A DNA stretch of 64,000 nt from Candidatus Latescibacterota bacterium (GTDB lineage: Bacteria; Latescibacterota; UBA2968; UBA8231): positions 3,552,001-3,616,000 of the forward strand of contig OY730476.1 in NCBI GenBank assembly GCA_963422735.1, read 5' to 3'. The notes beneath the pieces were generated by a model. It did not search any database, had not been told where the DNA came from, and saw only the letters and a program-made list of their open reading frames with translations. The translations under genes were made by a program, and so were the position numbers. Shown piece after piece: positions 51,001 through 59,089 of this stretch (within the stretch, counting starts at the first letter, position 1; each line of letters begins with the position of its first letter).

Positions 51001-53339
51001 GTGGTTCGGGCGACGTGGCCTACACCGTCTCGGAGTTGCCGGCGGGGTTGTTGTTTGACCCGGCCACGCGGACGATTTCGGGTACGCCCGAAGCAGCCGG
51101 TACGACCGAGGTTACCTACACGGCGACGGACAGTGCTGGGTCTAGCGTACCGCTGAGTTTCTCGATCACAGTTAACGCGCAGTTGGAGTTTGGTGATCTG
51201 AGCGGCTTGTTCGGTGCGTTCCTCAACCTCGGGGCTGGCAAGGCCAATCCGGCGTCGGAGCATGACGCCGAAGCGATCCCCTTCGTCGTTGGCGAGCCGG
51301 TCAGCCTGACGCTGCCGGAAGTGTCGGGCGGGACTCCCCCTCTGAGCTACAGCGTGTCGGGGTTGCCGGCGGGGTTGTCTTTTGATCCGTCCACCCGTAC
51401 GGTGTCGGGTACGCCCACCCAAGTCAGCGATGTGGTGGTGGTTACGTACACGGTCGCGGATGGGAGCGGTGCGTCCAAATCGCTGCCGATCTCGGTGGTG
51501 GTGGTTGCGCCTTCGTTGGATGCGCCCGATGCGCTGGTGGCCGTGGACTACAAAGGGGCCGACGGCGCGGGCGATCAAGGCGGCTTTGTGCTGCTGACGT
51601 GGGATCTGTCGGACGATCACGATACGCTGGACGGCTATCGCATTTTCCGCGAGTTGCCGGTGCTGAACAGTGAAATGGTTCCTTGGGCTATGGTAGATGC
51701 CGTGCCGGGGGTGGAGATGGGTCGTGCTATCGTTGCCACGCTGGACAATGTGGCGACCAACTGGGGCATAGCGGCCGAGCGCGGAGGTCAGACCACGCAC
51801 GGCGCGGCTAAGGCCGTGTTCGTCTCGTCGGAGTCGTTGAGTCATCCTTATGCGGTGATGGCTCAGACGCTGGCGGCTAGCAAAGAGGCGGCTCACGTCG
51901 GTGATGCACCGGTGTTCGCCTCGCTGCTGCCGGAAGCCCTGGCGTATGCTCAAGGGGTGACACCTAAGCTGAATGTGGTAGCAGGGGAGTTGGAGCGTTC
52001 GGCACTTACGGTGACGGAAGAGCCGGTTCGCGCTATCGACAACATCGCGCCGTTAGCCGTACCGTCTCTCACCGTCTTGGACGCGCCCAACGATCAGGGT
52101 AGCCGCATCCTTCTGACGTGGATGCTCTCGCCGTCTGACCAGCTCTTGCAGGGTGTTGTTGCCGGGGCCATCGGCCCGGCTGCGGTTGAGCGAGTTGTTG
52201 GTGTGCATGGCTACGGTATCTATCGCCGCGCTGCGGGCGAAGACGAGTTCGCCCTGCTCGCGCAGGTGGACGCAGGCGTTACGTCCTTTGTCGATGAGAC
52301 GGTGCTCAACGGGGTGCGCTACACCTATCAGGTGCGACCCTACGACTTGGACAACGAGACCGCTTCTGACGCAGAGCAGACGGCGATGGCCGTTCGCAAC
52401 GGCGTACTGGATAGCGAAGGTCGCGCAATCTTTGGTCTGTTCGGCGCGGACAATCGCATCGGTTTCGACGACTTCTTCCTCTTCGCCGACCACTTCGGTC
52501 TGACGGCGGAAGACGCCGGGTTTGATCCCGCGTTTGACCTAGCGCCTAGCGCGACGATCGACTTCGACGACTTCTTCGTCTTTGCCGACCACTTCGGTCG
52601 CAGCACGGTTGGCGCCGGCAAGCGCATTCCCCTGATCGCCGGTCTGAATGCCGATGCGCGGATGTATCTGGATGCGCGAACGGCCATGCCGAACGTGGGT
52701 GAGGACTTCGTCCTCGATGTGCGCGTGGCGGACTTCGTCGCGGTCAAGGGCTACGGTTTGCAGGTGCAGTACGACGCCAGCAAGCTAGAGTTCGTCCAGA
52801 CTCTTACCGAGCAACCGCTGGGTGGGAGCGAGTTGGCCGCACCGCAGGTGCTGTCCGACGAAGGTGGCCTCTTGGCGCTGGTCGCCCACGGGGACATCGT
52901 CTCCGAAGGCGAGGTGGAACTGAGCTTGGTCTTCCGTGCGAAGACGGAGATCGAGAATACGGTCATCGAGATCACCGACACCCAGACATATGACAGCGAA
53001 TTTGGCTTCAACCGTCTGGCGTTGCCGGCACCGGTGCAGTTGCAGACGCGGCCTGAGTTGTTCGCGTTGGCGAACAACTATCCGAACCCGTTCAACCCGG
53101 CGACGACGATCAAGTATGCGTTGCCGCAGGCGTCGGACGTGGAACTGACGGTGTATAACGTGGTAGGTCAGGCGGTTCGGACGCTGGTTGCTGAGCACCA
53201 GAGCGCGGGTCGCTACGTCGTGGAGTGGGACGCGACTAACGACAGCGGACACAGCTTGTCGTCGGGGCTGTATTTCTACCACCTGCAGGCGGGCGGAGGA
53301 GAGTTCCGCGAAGTCAAGAAGATGCTGCTGCTCAAGTAG
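48057..53339 (+). CDS. Large secreted surface protein: Calx-beta-like Ig repeats, 3 He_PIG-like Ig domains, FN3-like, dockerin/EF-hand-like, cohesin-like and FlgD/T9SS-A-like C-terminal domains
   Basis: Signal peptide ending AQA; repeats EDAG.T.ITVTAT...ATRD.DY; LPAGLSFD..TRTISGTP x3; FDDFF.FADHFG x2; NYPNPFNP...KKMLLLK. Confidence 0.85.
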   Translation: MIHTKLLIRRLAYVPWLLAFGLMLSWAGEAQADEVRLTVDKKSVREDAGATEITVTATNYGADDAKKKVGADRYVILDLDPDQKGLNERFRLSLSTIIIPKDKDAGTATITLTPIDLKEDHDGDAKTDMVSAVGNAGTDDDAYWSDAPNLLIEIFGEAGAVDVKKATVVLIDKDQITDRIYLSVSPGEISQESGPTEITVTATVDGKTVNSKSLSFPLLVVSGDKFTATSSTLDVPKPKDDAIEATRDTDYTITSLGSITIPRKKVKGTATFTIDPKTGPRWVGIGTRYTGTTTATDLKYNADGGSAKDARKGAKGLSKEVAATDSTEEQGISVIPALLSISEKKIAALKGDNKGFVATPNSIREDAGTTEISLKITLENALTKDEAVKFSVKEETGGALRDVNYTAVFTDLTILAGSTEGTAMLTLTPFNNGGTNDPKVITVRAEVGKQSTQDVKVTITDDDTQSLNIKLSASPADIKEDAGETDVTITATLDGKVFDEDKKLTLVLDSADAKATRDVDFTAIIRSLTIKAGEVSGSTTISITPVDDGLDEDDDEPFYVKSVTEIKNDDDDKLNVGSKMGEDDDLVDNRAKITLKDTGAKAAPGDPEDSTPKFTGGDIAASDTAIEGTAGKALEDVVLPAATGDGKLTYSVSANLPAGLSFDVATRTISGTPLVAGTSSIIYTVIDGDTGDQLPAESAALTYTVEIAAMPAPTVAVASVASTRSSVRENGETVSITLTATLRSPAPKAEEILFTVVAGTEGAMAVRDVDYTASLVGGVAIAEGATEASTTLVLMPLDNGVADGHKYLTVQASGSGGSASTMIKIADDETASTSISLSASPHSVSEDAGVTEVTITATLDGKVLDANAIVTVSVDPASAATRDEDYSALFNPRLEIPAGSVSGSITFLIDPIVDDLDEDNEAIKLRGAIAGLVDGVGVVLIDDVAVAPAGPSLAFAEGTMVDDISITASWTMKSLVLPEASGGSGDVAYTVSELPAGLLFDPATRTISGTPEAAGTTEVTYTATDSAGSSVPLSFSITVNAQLEFGDLSGLFGAFLNLGAGKANPASEHDAEAIPFVVGEPVSLTLPEVSGGTPPLSYSVSGLPAGLSFDPSTRTVSGTPTQVSDVVVVTYTVADGSGASKSLPISVVVVAPSLDAPDALVAVDYKGADGAGDQGGFVLLTWDLSDDHDTLDGYRIFRELPVLNSEMVPWAMVDAVPGVEMGRAIVATLDNVATNWGIAAERGGQTTHGAAKAVFVSSESLSHPYAVMAQTLAASKEAAHVGDAPVFASLLPEALAYAQGVTPKLNVVAGELERSALTVTEEPVRAIDNIAPLAVPSLTVLDAPNDQGSRILLTWMLSPSDQLLQGVVAGAIGPAAVERVVGVHGYGIYRRAAGEDEFALLAQVDAGVTSFVDETVLNGVRYTYQVRPYDLDNETASDAEQTAMAVRNGVLDSEGRAIFGLFGADNRIGFDDFFLFADHFGLTAEDAGFDPAFDLAPSATIDFDDFFVFADHFGRSTVGAGKRIPLIAGLNADARMYLDARTAMPNVGEDFVLDVRVADFVAVKGYGLQVQYDASKLEFVQTLTEQPLGGSELAAPQVLSDEGGLLALVAHGDIVSEGEVELSLVFRAKTEIENTVIEITDTQTYDSEFGFNRLALPAPVQLQTRPELFALANNYPNPFNPATTIKYALPQASDVELTVYNVVGQAVRTLVAEHQSAGRYVVEWDATNDSGHSLSSGLYFYHLQAGGGEFREVKKMLLLK

Positions 53340-53358
53340 CACCCACTGCACAGCGAGT

Positions 53359-53405
53359 TAGTGAAATGGGACCTCAAATCTCAGCTTGGGGGTCCCATTT
53401 CACTA
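53359..53405 (+). terminator. Long intergenic stem-loop (stabiliser or partial terminator, no U-tract)
   Basis: TAGTGAAATGGGACCTCAA-ATCTCAGC-TTGGGGGTCCCATTTCACTA. Confidence 0.7.
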
Positions 53406-53442
53406 TATAAAAGCAGGTTCATAAATAGAAGGAGAAGTAACC

Positions 53443-55494
53443 ATGCAGAACAGCGTGTGCAAGATGTTTCCTCTTGCCATCGCCCTGTTGCTCGCACTCT
53501 GTGGCGCCGCTGTCGCCGGGGATAACGCGAACGTCGTCATTTCGCTGGACAGTGGGGAACATGCATCCGCCGGTGCTGGTGAACAAGTTCAAGTAGCACT
53601 GTCGGCTGCTGGAATGGTCGGGGTAAAGCAGTTTGAAATTACCCTGACGATATCGCCCGCTGAAGCCTTCGATATAGCGGCGACGACGTTTACCCCAGCT
53701 TTTGGTTTTTCGCCTGGCGTGGAATTGTTAGGGGATGGACAGATCAAAAGCGGTGTGGCCACCCTCGGCGAGACGGTAGATGGCGATGGTGCTTTAGGTG
53801 TTTTTACTCTCACTACGTCGAGTAGTTTTAGCACAGATACCGCTGCCGCGATTATGGTAAACAGCGCATCCCTTGGGTCGTCCTCTGTAGATCGAGATGT
53901 CTTTGACGCCGGGGCGTTAGGGCTTCTCTTGATCGTCAACCAGCCCGTGTTCGAGCCGATGCTGGCGGCCACTTCGCCGCTCGCCGCTAATCCGGCCTAT
54001 TCAGCGATTGGCACAGGTGCGGTCGCTGACGGCAGCCCCGGCGAGCTTGGTATCTCGGTCAATTTCGCCGACCATAAGGGCAATCCCACCAAAGGCCAAG
54101 CCATTGCTTGGGACATTACCAATACCGGTTCTAGGTCAGTCTATCTGCTCGGTGTCGGCGAGATTCCCTCCGGAGTGTATGTATGCCTGCGGAATGTGAC
54201 CGATGCGGCCGGCGATGCGGCGATTAAGTTTGATTCCGAAGGCAACCTAAAGGCGGCTGCGACTTCGCTCGAAGTTCGGGCGCGCACGACCGCTGGTAAT
54301 TCGGCCGGTGAGTCCAGCGATTTGGCGGTTGACTTCAACGTCACTTGGGCGGTACCGGATGCCAATCAGTTGATGTTCGTCTCGCAGGTTTCCCTAAATA
54401 GTGCTGACGAGATAGTCGTGGGTGCGGGTGCTGAAATCCCCGTTGTGCTGTCGGCGGCTGGGCTGGCCGGCGTAGAGCAGATTGCAGTCACCTTGACGGT
54501 ATCGCCCGCCGAGGCCTTCGATATAGCGGCCACCACGTTTGCGGGTTCCGATGCGTTTAGCTTGTCGGCGCCGGCTGTGGAAGTCTCTGAGAGTCAGGTG
54601 CGGGGCGGCGCAGTCGTTATCGACGCAGCCGTAGATGGCGATGGCGTTCTGGGAACCTTCACCTTCGTCACGTCGGACAACTTTACCCAAGAGACTGAGG
54701 CGGAGATTGTGGTCAACAGCGTGTCCCTCGGCCCGTCGTCCGATATGCGCGATGCCTTGGATGCCGAGTTGTTGGGTCTCAGCGTGTATCTCAATCGACC
54801 GGATCCGGTACTGGTCGCTACCACGCAATTGGTTGGCAACGCGTTGGTTTCTGGGGCTGACACGGGCGTGGTCAATGACGATAGTCCTGGCGAGATCGAA
54901 TACTCGGTCAATTTTACCAATCTCTGGGGCAATCCGGGCGAGAGCCAGCCCATCTCGTGGGACATCTACAACCGGAGCGCGCAGTCGGTATCTGTGCTCG
55001 GTATTGGCACGATTCCCCCCGGCGGTAGCGTATTCTTGCGCAATACGACCGATGTCGATGGCAATTCGTCGATTGAGGTTGACGCCGAGGTCGTGTCTTT
55101 CCTCAGCATTCAGGCAAGCACAACTACTGAAAATGCTGCCGGCAAGACCCTCGACTTGGAGGTTGACTTCAGCGCGGCTTGGGCCGCTGCTAAGCAGCTA
55201 GCCGCCGTGCCTTTGGCTAATTCGCTGAGTCAGAACTATCCCAACCCGTTCAATCCGGAGACGACGATCCGTTACGATCTGAGCAGTGATGGTATCGTCT
55301 CCCTGACGATTTACAATATCACGGGTCAGGTCGTGCGCAAGCTGGTTGACGGCAAGTCTTTGGCCGCAGGTCAGTACCAAGCGGTGTGGGATGGCCGGAA
55401 CGAAAGCGGCGTTGGCGTCGCTAGCGGCATGTATTTTTATTTGCTCCATGCCGGTGACTACGTAGCCAAGCGCAAGATGGTATTACTCAGGTAG
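53443..55494 (+). CDS. Secreted protein with two about 283-aa internal repeats (cohesin-like plus Ig-like) and FlgD/T9SS-A-like C-terminal domain
   Basis: Signal peptide; LSAAG..GV.Q...TLT.SPAEAFDIAATTF twice, 849 bp apart; QNYPNPFNP...RKMVLLR; AAGGAG RBS. Confidence 0.82.
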   Translation: MQNSVCKMFPLAIALLLALCGAAVAGDNANVVISLDSGEHASAGAGEQVQVALSAAGMVGVKQFEITLTISPAEAFDIAATTFTPAFGFSPGVELLGDGQIKSGVATLGETVDGDGALGVFTLTTSSSFSTDTAAAIMVNSASLGSSSVDRDVFDAGALGLLLIVNQPVFEPMLAATSPLAANPAYSAIGTGAVADGSPGELGISVNFADHKGNPTKGQAIAWDITNTGSRSVYLLGVGEIPSGVYVCLRNVTDAAGDAAIKFDSEGNLKAAATSLEVRARTTAGNSAGESSDLAVDFNVTWAVPDANQLMFVSQVSLNSADEIVVGAGAEIPVVLSAAGLAGVEQIAVTLTVSPAEAFDIAATTFAGSDAFSLSAPAVEVSESQVRGGAVVIDAAVDGDGVLGTFTFVTSDNFTQETEAEIVVNSVSLGPSSDMRDALDAELLGLSVYLNRPDPVLVATTQLVGNALVSGADTGVVNDDSPGEIEYSVNFTNLWGNPGESQPISWDIYNRSAQSVSVLGIGTIPPGGSVFLRNTTDVDGNSSIEVDAEVVSFLSIQASTTTENAAGKTLDLEVDFSAAWAAAKQLAAVPLANSLSQNYPNPFNPETTIRYDLSSDGIVSLTIYNITGQVVRKLVDGKSLAAGQYQAVWDGRNESGVGVASGMYFYLLHAGDYVAKRKMVLLR

Positions 55495-55529
55495 TTTCCT
55501 CAGCGGGATAACAGCAACAATCACTGAGC

Positions 55530-55567
55530 GAAATGGGGCCTCAAAAGGGTCCCATTTCCTTTTTTTT
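55530..55567 (+). terminator. Intrinsic terminator
   Basis: GAAATGGGGCCT-CAAA-AGGGTCCCATTTC followed by C and T8. Confidence 0.8.
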
Positions 55568-55612
55568 CGCCGCGGCCCGTTTCGCAAGGCCGCGGCGTTA
55601 TTGCGCTTGGAT

Positions 55613-55858
55613 ATGAAAATCAAGGTTTTATTTTTTGCTTCCTGCCGCGATGCAGTCGGCTACAGGAGCTGCGACTGGGAGATTGCGGAAGGCTACCGGG
55701 TCGCGGATTTGCAGCGCGAGCTCGTGGCCGCGTATCCGCAACTGGCCGCTGTGCAGCAGGTGTTGTCGATTGCGGTCAATTCCGAGTACGCGGGGAACCA
55801 TACCGTGTTAAAAGCGGGCGACGAGGTGGCCCTTATTCCGCCTGTAAGTGGGGGCTGA
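55613..55858 (+). CDS. moaD: Molybdopterin converting factor small subunit
   Basis: KIKVLFFA, AVN.EY, GDEVALIPPVSGG. Confidence 0.94.
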   Translation: MKIKVLFFASCRDAVGYRSCDWEIAEGYRVADLQRELVAAYPQLAAVQQVLSIAVNSEYAGNHTVLKAGDEVALIPPVSGG

Positions 55859-55859
55859 C

Positions 55860-56288
55860 GTGTTCAAAATTACCGAAGATCCAATTGAACCTAGCGATTT
55901 GTTCGCCGACGTAGTGCGCGATGAAAATGGCGCGGTGGCCACGTTTGTCGGCGTGGTGCGCAATCACTCTGGGGACCAGCAAACCGACTACTTGGTGTAC
56001 GAAGCCTATCCGGCTATGGCCGAGAAGAAGATGGTGGAGATTGGCGACGAGCTGAAGGCGCAGTGGGGCGTCGTGGATGTCGCGATGATTCACCGCGTGG
56101 GGAAGCTCGAAATCGGGGAGATCAGCGTGTTAATTGCCGTCGCCAGCCCCCATCGGGCCGAGGCGTTGGCCGCGTGTCAGTGCGCCATTGATCGGCTTAA
56201 GCAGGTCGTGCCGATATGGAAGAAGGAAGTGGGAGTCGGGGGTGAGAGCTGGGTTGAAGGGCCGCAGGCAGCCTACGAAGGCAGCTAG
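55860..56288 (+). CDS. moaE: Molybdopterin synthase catalytic subunit
   Basis: GAVATFVGVVR, YEAY..MA, HRVG, SPHR, PIWKKE. Confidence 0.95.
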   Translation: MFKITEDPIEPSDLFADVVRDENGAVATFVGVVRNHSGDQQTDYLVYEAYPAMAEKKMVEIGDELKAQWGVVDVAMIHRVGKLEIGEISVLIAVASPHRAEALAACQCAIDRLKQVVPIWKKEVGVGGESWVEGPQAAYEGS

Positions 56289-56289
56289 T

Positions 56290-56760
56290 ATGGTGTTCAA
56301 TTTTGGTTGGCTGTTAGAGGGTCGGTTGGCGGGTGCTGGGCAGATTGGCGGTTGGGAAGGAATCGAGCGGCTGGAGGGCGATCTCGATTTGCTGTCGGCG
56401 CAGGGCGTAAAGGCGATTGTGTCGCTGACCGCGAATCCCCTGCAGGCGGACGAGGTGGAGGCGCGAGATGTAGCGTATTTGCACTTGCCCATACAGGATA
56501 TGCAGCCGCCTTCGCTCGGGGATATACGGACGTTTGTCCAATTCGTCGACGAGTCGGTTGAACAAGGACGGCCCGTGATGGTCCATTGCAGCGCGGGGTT
56601 GGGACGCACGGGTACGATGTTGGCGAGTTATTTGGTAAGGATGGGCAGCAGCGCGGCGGACGCCCTGAAGCAAGTGCGGAACCTGCGACCCGGCTCGGTG
56701 GAGACGTTCGCCCAAGAGCAGGCCGTATATGAATATGCCGCGCGTCTTGGGCAAATGTAA
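56290..56760 (+). CDS. Dual-specificity protein phosphatase (CX5R)
   Basis: HLPIQDMQPP acid loop, VHCSAGLGRTG, RPGSVET. Confidence 0.92.
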   Translation: MVFNFGWLLEGRLAGAGQIGGWEGIERLEGDLDLLSAQGVKAIVSLTANPLQADEVEARDVAYLHLPIQDMQPPSLGDIRTFVQFVDESVEQGRPVMVHCSAGLGRTGTMLASYLVRMGSSAADALKQVRNLRPGSVETFAQEQAVYEYAARLGQM

Positions 56761-56774
56761 TCCCCCTGTTGTAA

Positions 56775-56803
56775 TTGACATCGTAGAGCGGCACGAGTAC
56801 ATT
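56775..56803 (+). promoter_or_regulatory. Putative sigma70 promoter of the small zinc-ribbon gene
   Basis: TTGACA-N17-TACATT. Confidence 0.6.
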
Positions 56804-56858
56804 GAATTAGAGCGTGGCCCCGAGATGGCTGTACGCTAAAACCGGAAGGGAGGGCCGG

Positions 56859-57053
56859 ATGGAAAAGATTGATTTTCCTACGTGTTTGAAGTGCAAAGAA
56901 GGTGTTTTAATTCCGCTTTCCGACTATGGAAGGGAGGGTGCGGCCATTCACTACAAAGCATGGGCTTGCACGAATCCAAGTTGCGGATACCATATAAGAA
57001 TAGACAACGGCGAGTTGAGTATCGGCGAAGAGCTCAAGAAGTCGTTTAAGTAA
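56859..57053 (+). CDS. Small (64 aa) zinc-ribbon-like protein
   Basis: GGGAGG RBS; CLKC...CTNPSC. Confidence 0.78.
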   Translation: MEKIDFPTCLKCKEGVLIPLSDYGREGAAIHYKAWACTNPSCGYHIRIDNGELSIGEELKKSFK

Positions 57054-57102
57054 GCGGTCCCGTCTTCGACTTTGGCACGTGGTAAAAGTAGTAGATTACG
57101 AG

Positions 57103-57135
57103 AAGAGGCCCCTTTTGCGGAGCCTCTTTTTCTTA
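57103..57135 (+). terminator. Intrinsic terminator
   Basis: AAGAGGC...GCCTCTT followed by TTTCTT. Confidence 0.6.
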
Positions 57136-57147
57136 TGGGGTCCATTG

Positions 57148-58077
57148 TTGGCCAACATCAGTATAAGCAGTTGGGGAATCAGGGCTGGCGCACTGGTCCT
57201 GTCTTTTGCGCTGTGGCTTCACGCCGTTACAGAGAAGTACTACGATAAAGAAATTACAGTGCGCCTCTGGGTCGAAGTGCCTCCACCGGGCGAGGGCGCG
57301 GAAGGGGATATGGTGCTGGCCAGTGAAGTGCCCCCTATGGTGCGCGTCTTGACCACCGGGTTGGGCAAGGATCTGCTGCTTGAATTGGACGACGACTCCT
57401 TTGTTTTGAGGCTGCGGGCCGAAGGCAGGAATCGGATCCACCGCCTGACTCCTTCCCAAATCACCAAACGGGCGACCGACTTGGACGTCGAAGTCAAGGA
57501 AATCCTCGAACCAAAAGAAATTGAAATCGCACTAGAGCCGAGGATGGAACGGGACGTGCCGGTACGGGTGCAAGCGAAGTTAGAAGTAGCCGCTGCCCAC
57601 GTACAAGTGACTCCGGTGGAATCCGATCCCACACACGTCCGGGTGATCGGTCCTCAGCAGCAGGTCGCAGCATTGCGTTATGTGGAGACGGATTCGCTGG
57701 TCTTGCAGGATGTCAGGGAAGACTTGGATGTGGAGTGGCCCTTGCAGCATCCCGAACACACGCAACTTGCTTTCGTGCCCGAGGCCGTGCGCGTGCGAGC
57801 CGCCGTGCAGATGTTAGCTGAGGACGATTTCATCGGGGTGCCGATTGCCGTGCGCCATGCCGGCGAGACACGCCTGCGGCCCGAGCCGGCCACCGCCCAA
57901 GTCAAGGTGCGCGGCGGGGTCGGCGTGATCGCCCAACTCGACCCAGCCCGCGATATAGAGCTGTACGTGGATTACGCCGAATATCAGGGGAGTGCTCTGC
58001 TGGTGTATAGCGCAGAGACGCCGATTTTTGAGGTGCGCCAGATCTCGCCGGCATACGTCGATTTGGTGAACTATTAG
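57148..58077 (+). CDS. CdaR/YbbR-like membrane-anchored protein
   Basis: N-terminal TM LVLSFALWLHA; YbbR-like repeats (P..VRV.GP, P..VRV); start probably TTG 57148, after the terminator. Confidence 0.75.
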   Translation: MANISISSWGIRAGALVLSFALWLHAVTEKYYDKEITVRLWVEVPPPGEGAEGDMVLASEVPPMVRVLTTGLGKDLLLELDDDSFVLRLRAEGRNRIHRLTPSQITKRATDLDVEVKEILEPKEIEIALEPRMERDVPVRVQAKLEVAAAHVQVTPVESDPTHVRVIGPQQQVAALRYVETDSLVLQDVREDLDVEWPLQHPEHTQLAFVPEAVRVRAAVQMLAEDDFIGVPIAVRHAGETRLRPEPATAQVKVRGGVGVIAQLDPARDIELYVDYAEYQGSALLVYSAETPIFEVRQISPAYVDLVNY

Positions 58078-58078
58078 G

Positions 58079-59089
58079 ATGTTGGTGCTGGGGCTGGAGA
58101 CCTCCTGCGATGAGACGGCCGCGGCGGTAGTCGATGAGTCGTACGCCGTGCATTCCAATATCATCTTCTCGCAACAAGATCACGCGCCATACGGGGGCGT
58201 GGTGCCCGAGCTGGCCTCGCGTGCCCATATGCGTACGTTGGTGCCGGTCGTACGGCAGGCCCTAGCGACCGCGGGCATTGGTTGGGAAGAAGTGGATGGG
58301 GTGGCGGCGACGCGGGGACCGGGTTTGGTCGGGTCGTTGATCGTGGGGCTGTCGCTAGCCAAGGGGTTGGCGTTGGCGTGCAACAAGCCGCTGATAGGCG
58401 TCCACCACCTAGAAGCCCACGTGTTTTCCAACTTGGTCGCCGCACAGGTCGAGGTCCCTTTCCTAACGCTGCTGGTGTCGGGTGGTCACACCGAGTTGAT
58501 CTTGGTGCGTGAACTCGGCTCATACGAGGTGCTGGGCCGCACGCGCGACGACGCGGCCGGCGAGGCATTTGACAAAGTCGCCAAGCTGTTGGGTCTCCTG
58601 CCCGGGGAGGGGGTCGTAGCTGGCGGCCGGCTCATCGCCGAGCTGGCCGCCGCCGGCGATCCCAAGGCCATTGACTTCCCCCGCGCCCTTGTGGGCGAGA
58701 TGGACTTCAGCTTCAGCGGCCTAAAAACCGCGGTGTTGCACTACGTACGCTCGCTTTCCCCGCAAGCGTGTACGCAGCAGCTTGCCCATATTGCCGCTAG
58801 CTTCCAAGAAGCCGTGGTAGATGCCTTAGTTGCCAAGACCCTGTTGGCCTTGGACCGAGCGGATGTTGCGACCGTATGCCTCGCAGGCGGCGTTGCCGCC
58901 AACCAGCGTCTGCGCCAGCGCCTACGCGCCGAGGTCGAGCGCTGCGGCCTGTCGTTCCATTGCCCGGCATACGATTTGTGTACGGATAATGCTGCCATGG
59001 TGGGGGCCGTCGGGGCCTTCTACCTCAGCCGTGGCGTCCACGACGGTCTCGATGTGGACGCCGCCCCCCGCCTGAGCTGGCGTGTCTGA
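58079..59089 (+). CDS. tsaD: tRNA N6-adenosine threonylcarbamoyltransferase
   Basis: GLETSCDET, GGVVPELASRAH, HHLEAH, VSGGHT, DDAAGEAFDK, CTDNAAMV. Confidence 0.97.
   Translation: MLVLGLETSCDETAAAVVDESYAVHSNIIFSQQDHAPYGGVVPELASRAHMRTLVPVVRQALATAGIGWEEVDGVAATRGPGLVGSLIVGLSLAKGLALACNKPLIGVHHLEAHVFSNLVAAQVEVPFLTLLVSGGHTELILVRELGSYEVLGRTRDDAAGEAFDKVAKLLGLLPGEGVVAGGRLIAELAAAGDPKAIDFPRALVGEMDFSFSGLKTAVLHYVRSLSPQACTQQLAHIAASFQEAVVDALVAKTLLALDRADVATVCLAGGVAANQRLRQRLRAEVERCGLSFHCPAYDLCTDNAAMVGAVGAFYLSRGVHDGLDVDAAPRLSWRV

Noticed and set aside
55568-55612. Moco riboswitch upstream of moaD
   Set aside because: Only one GC hairpin within about 45 nt; too short for the multi-stem Moco motif
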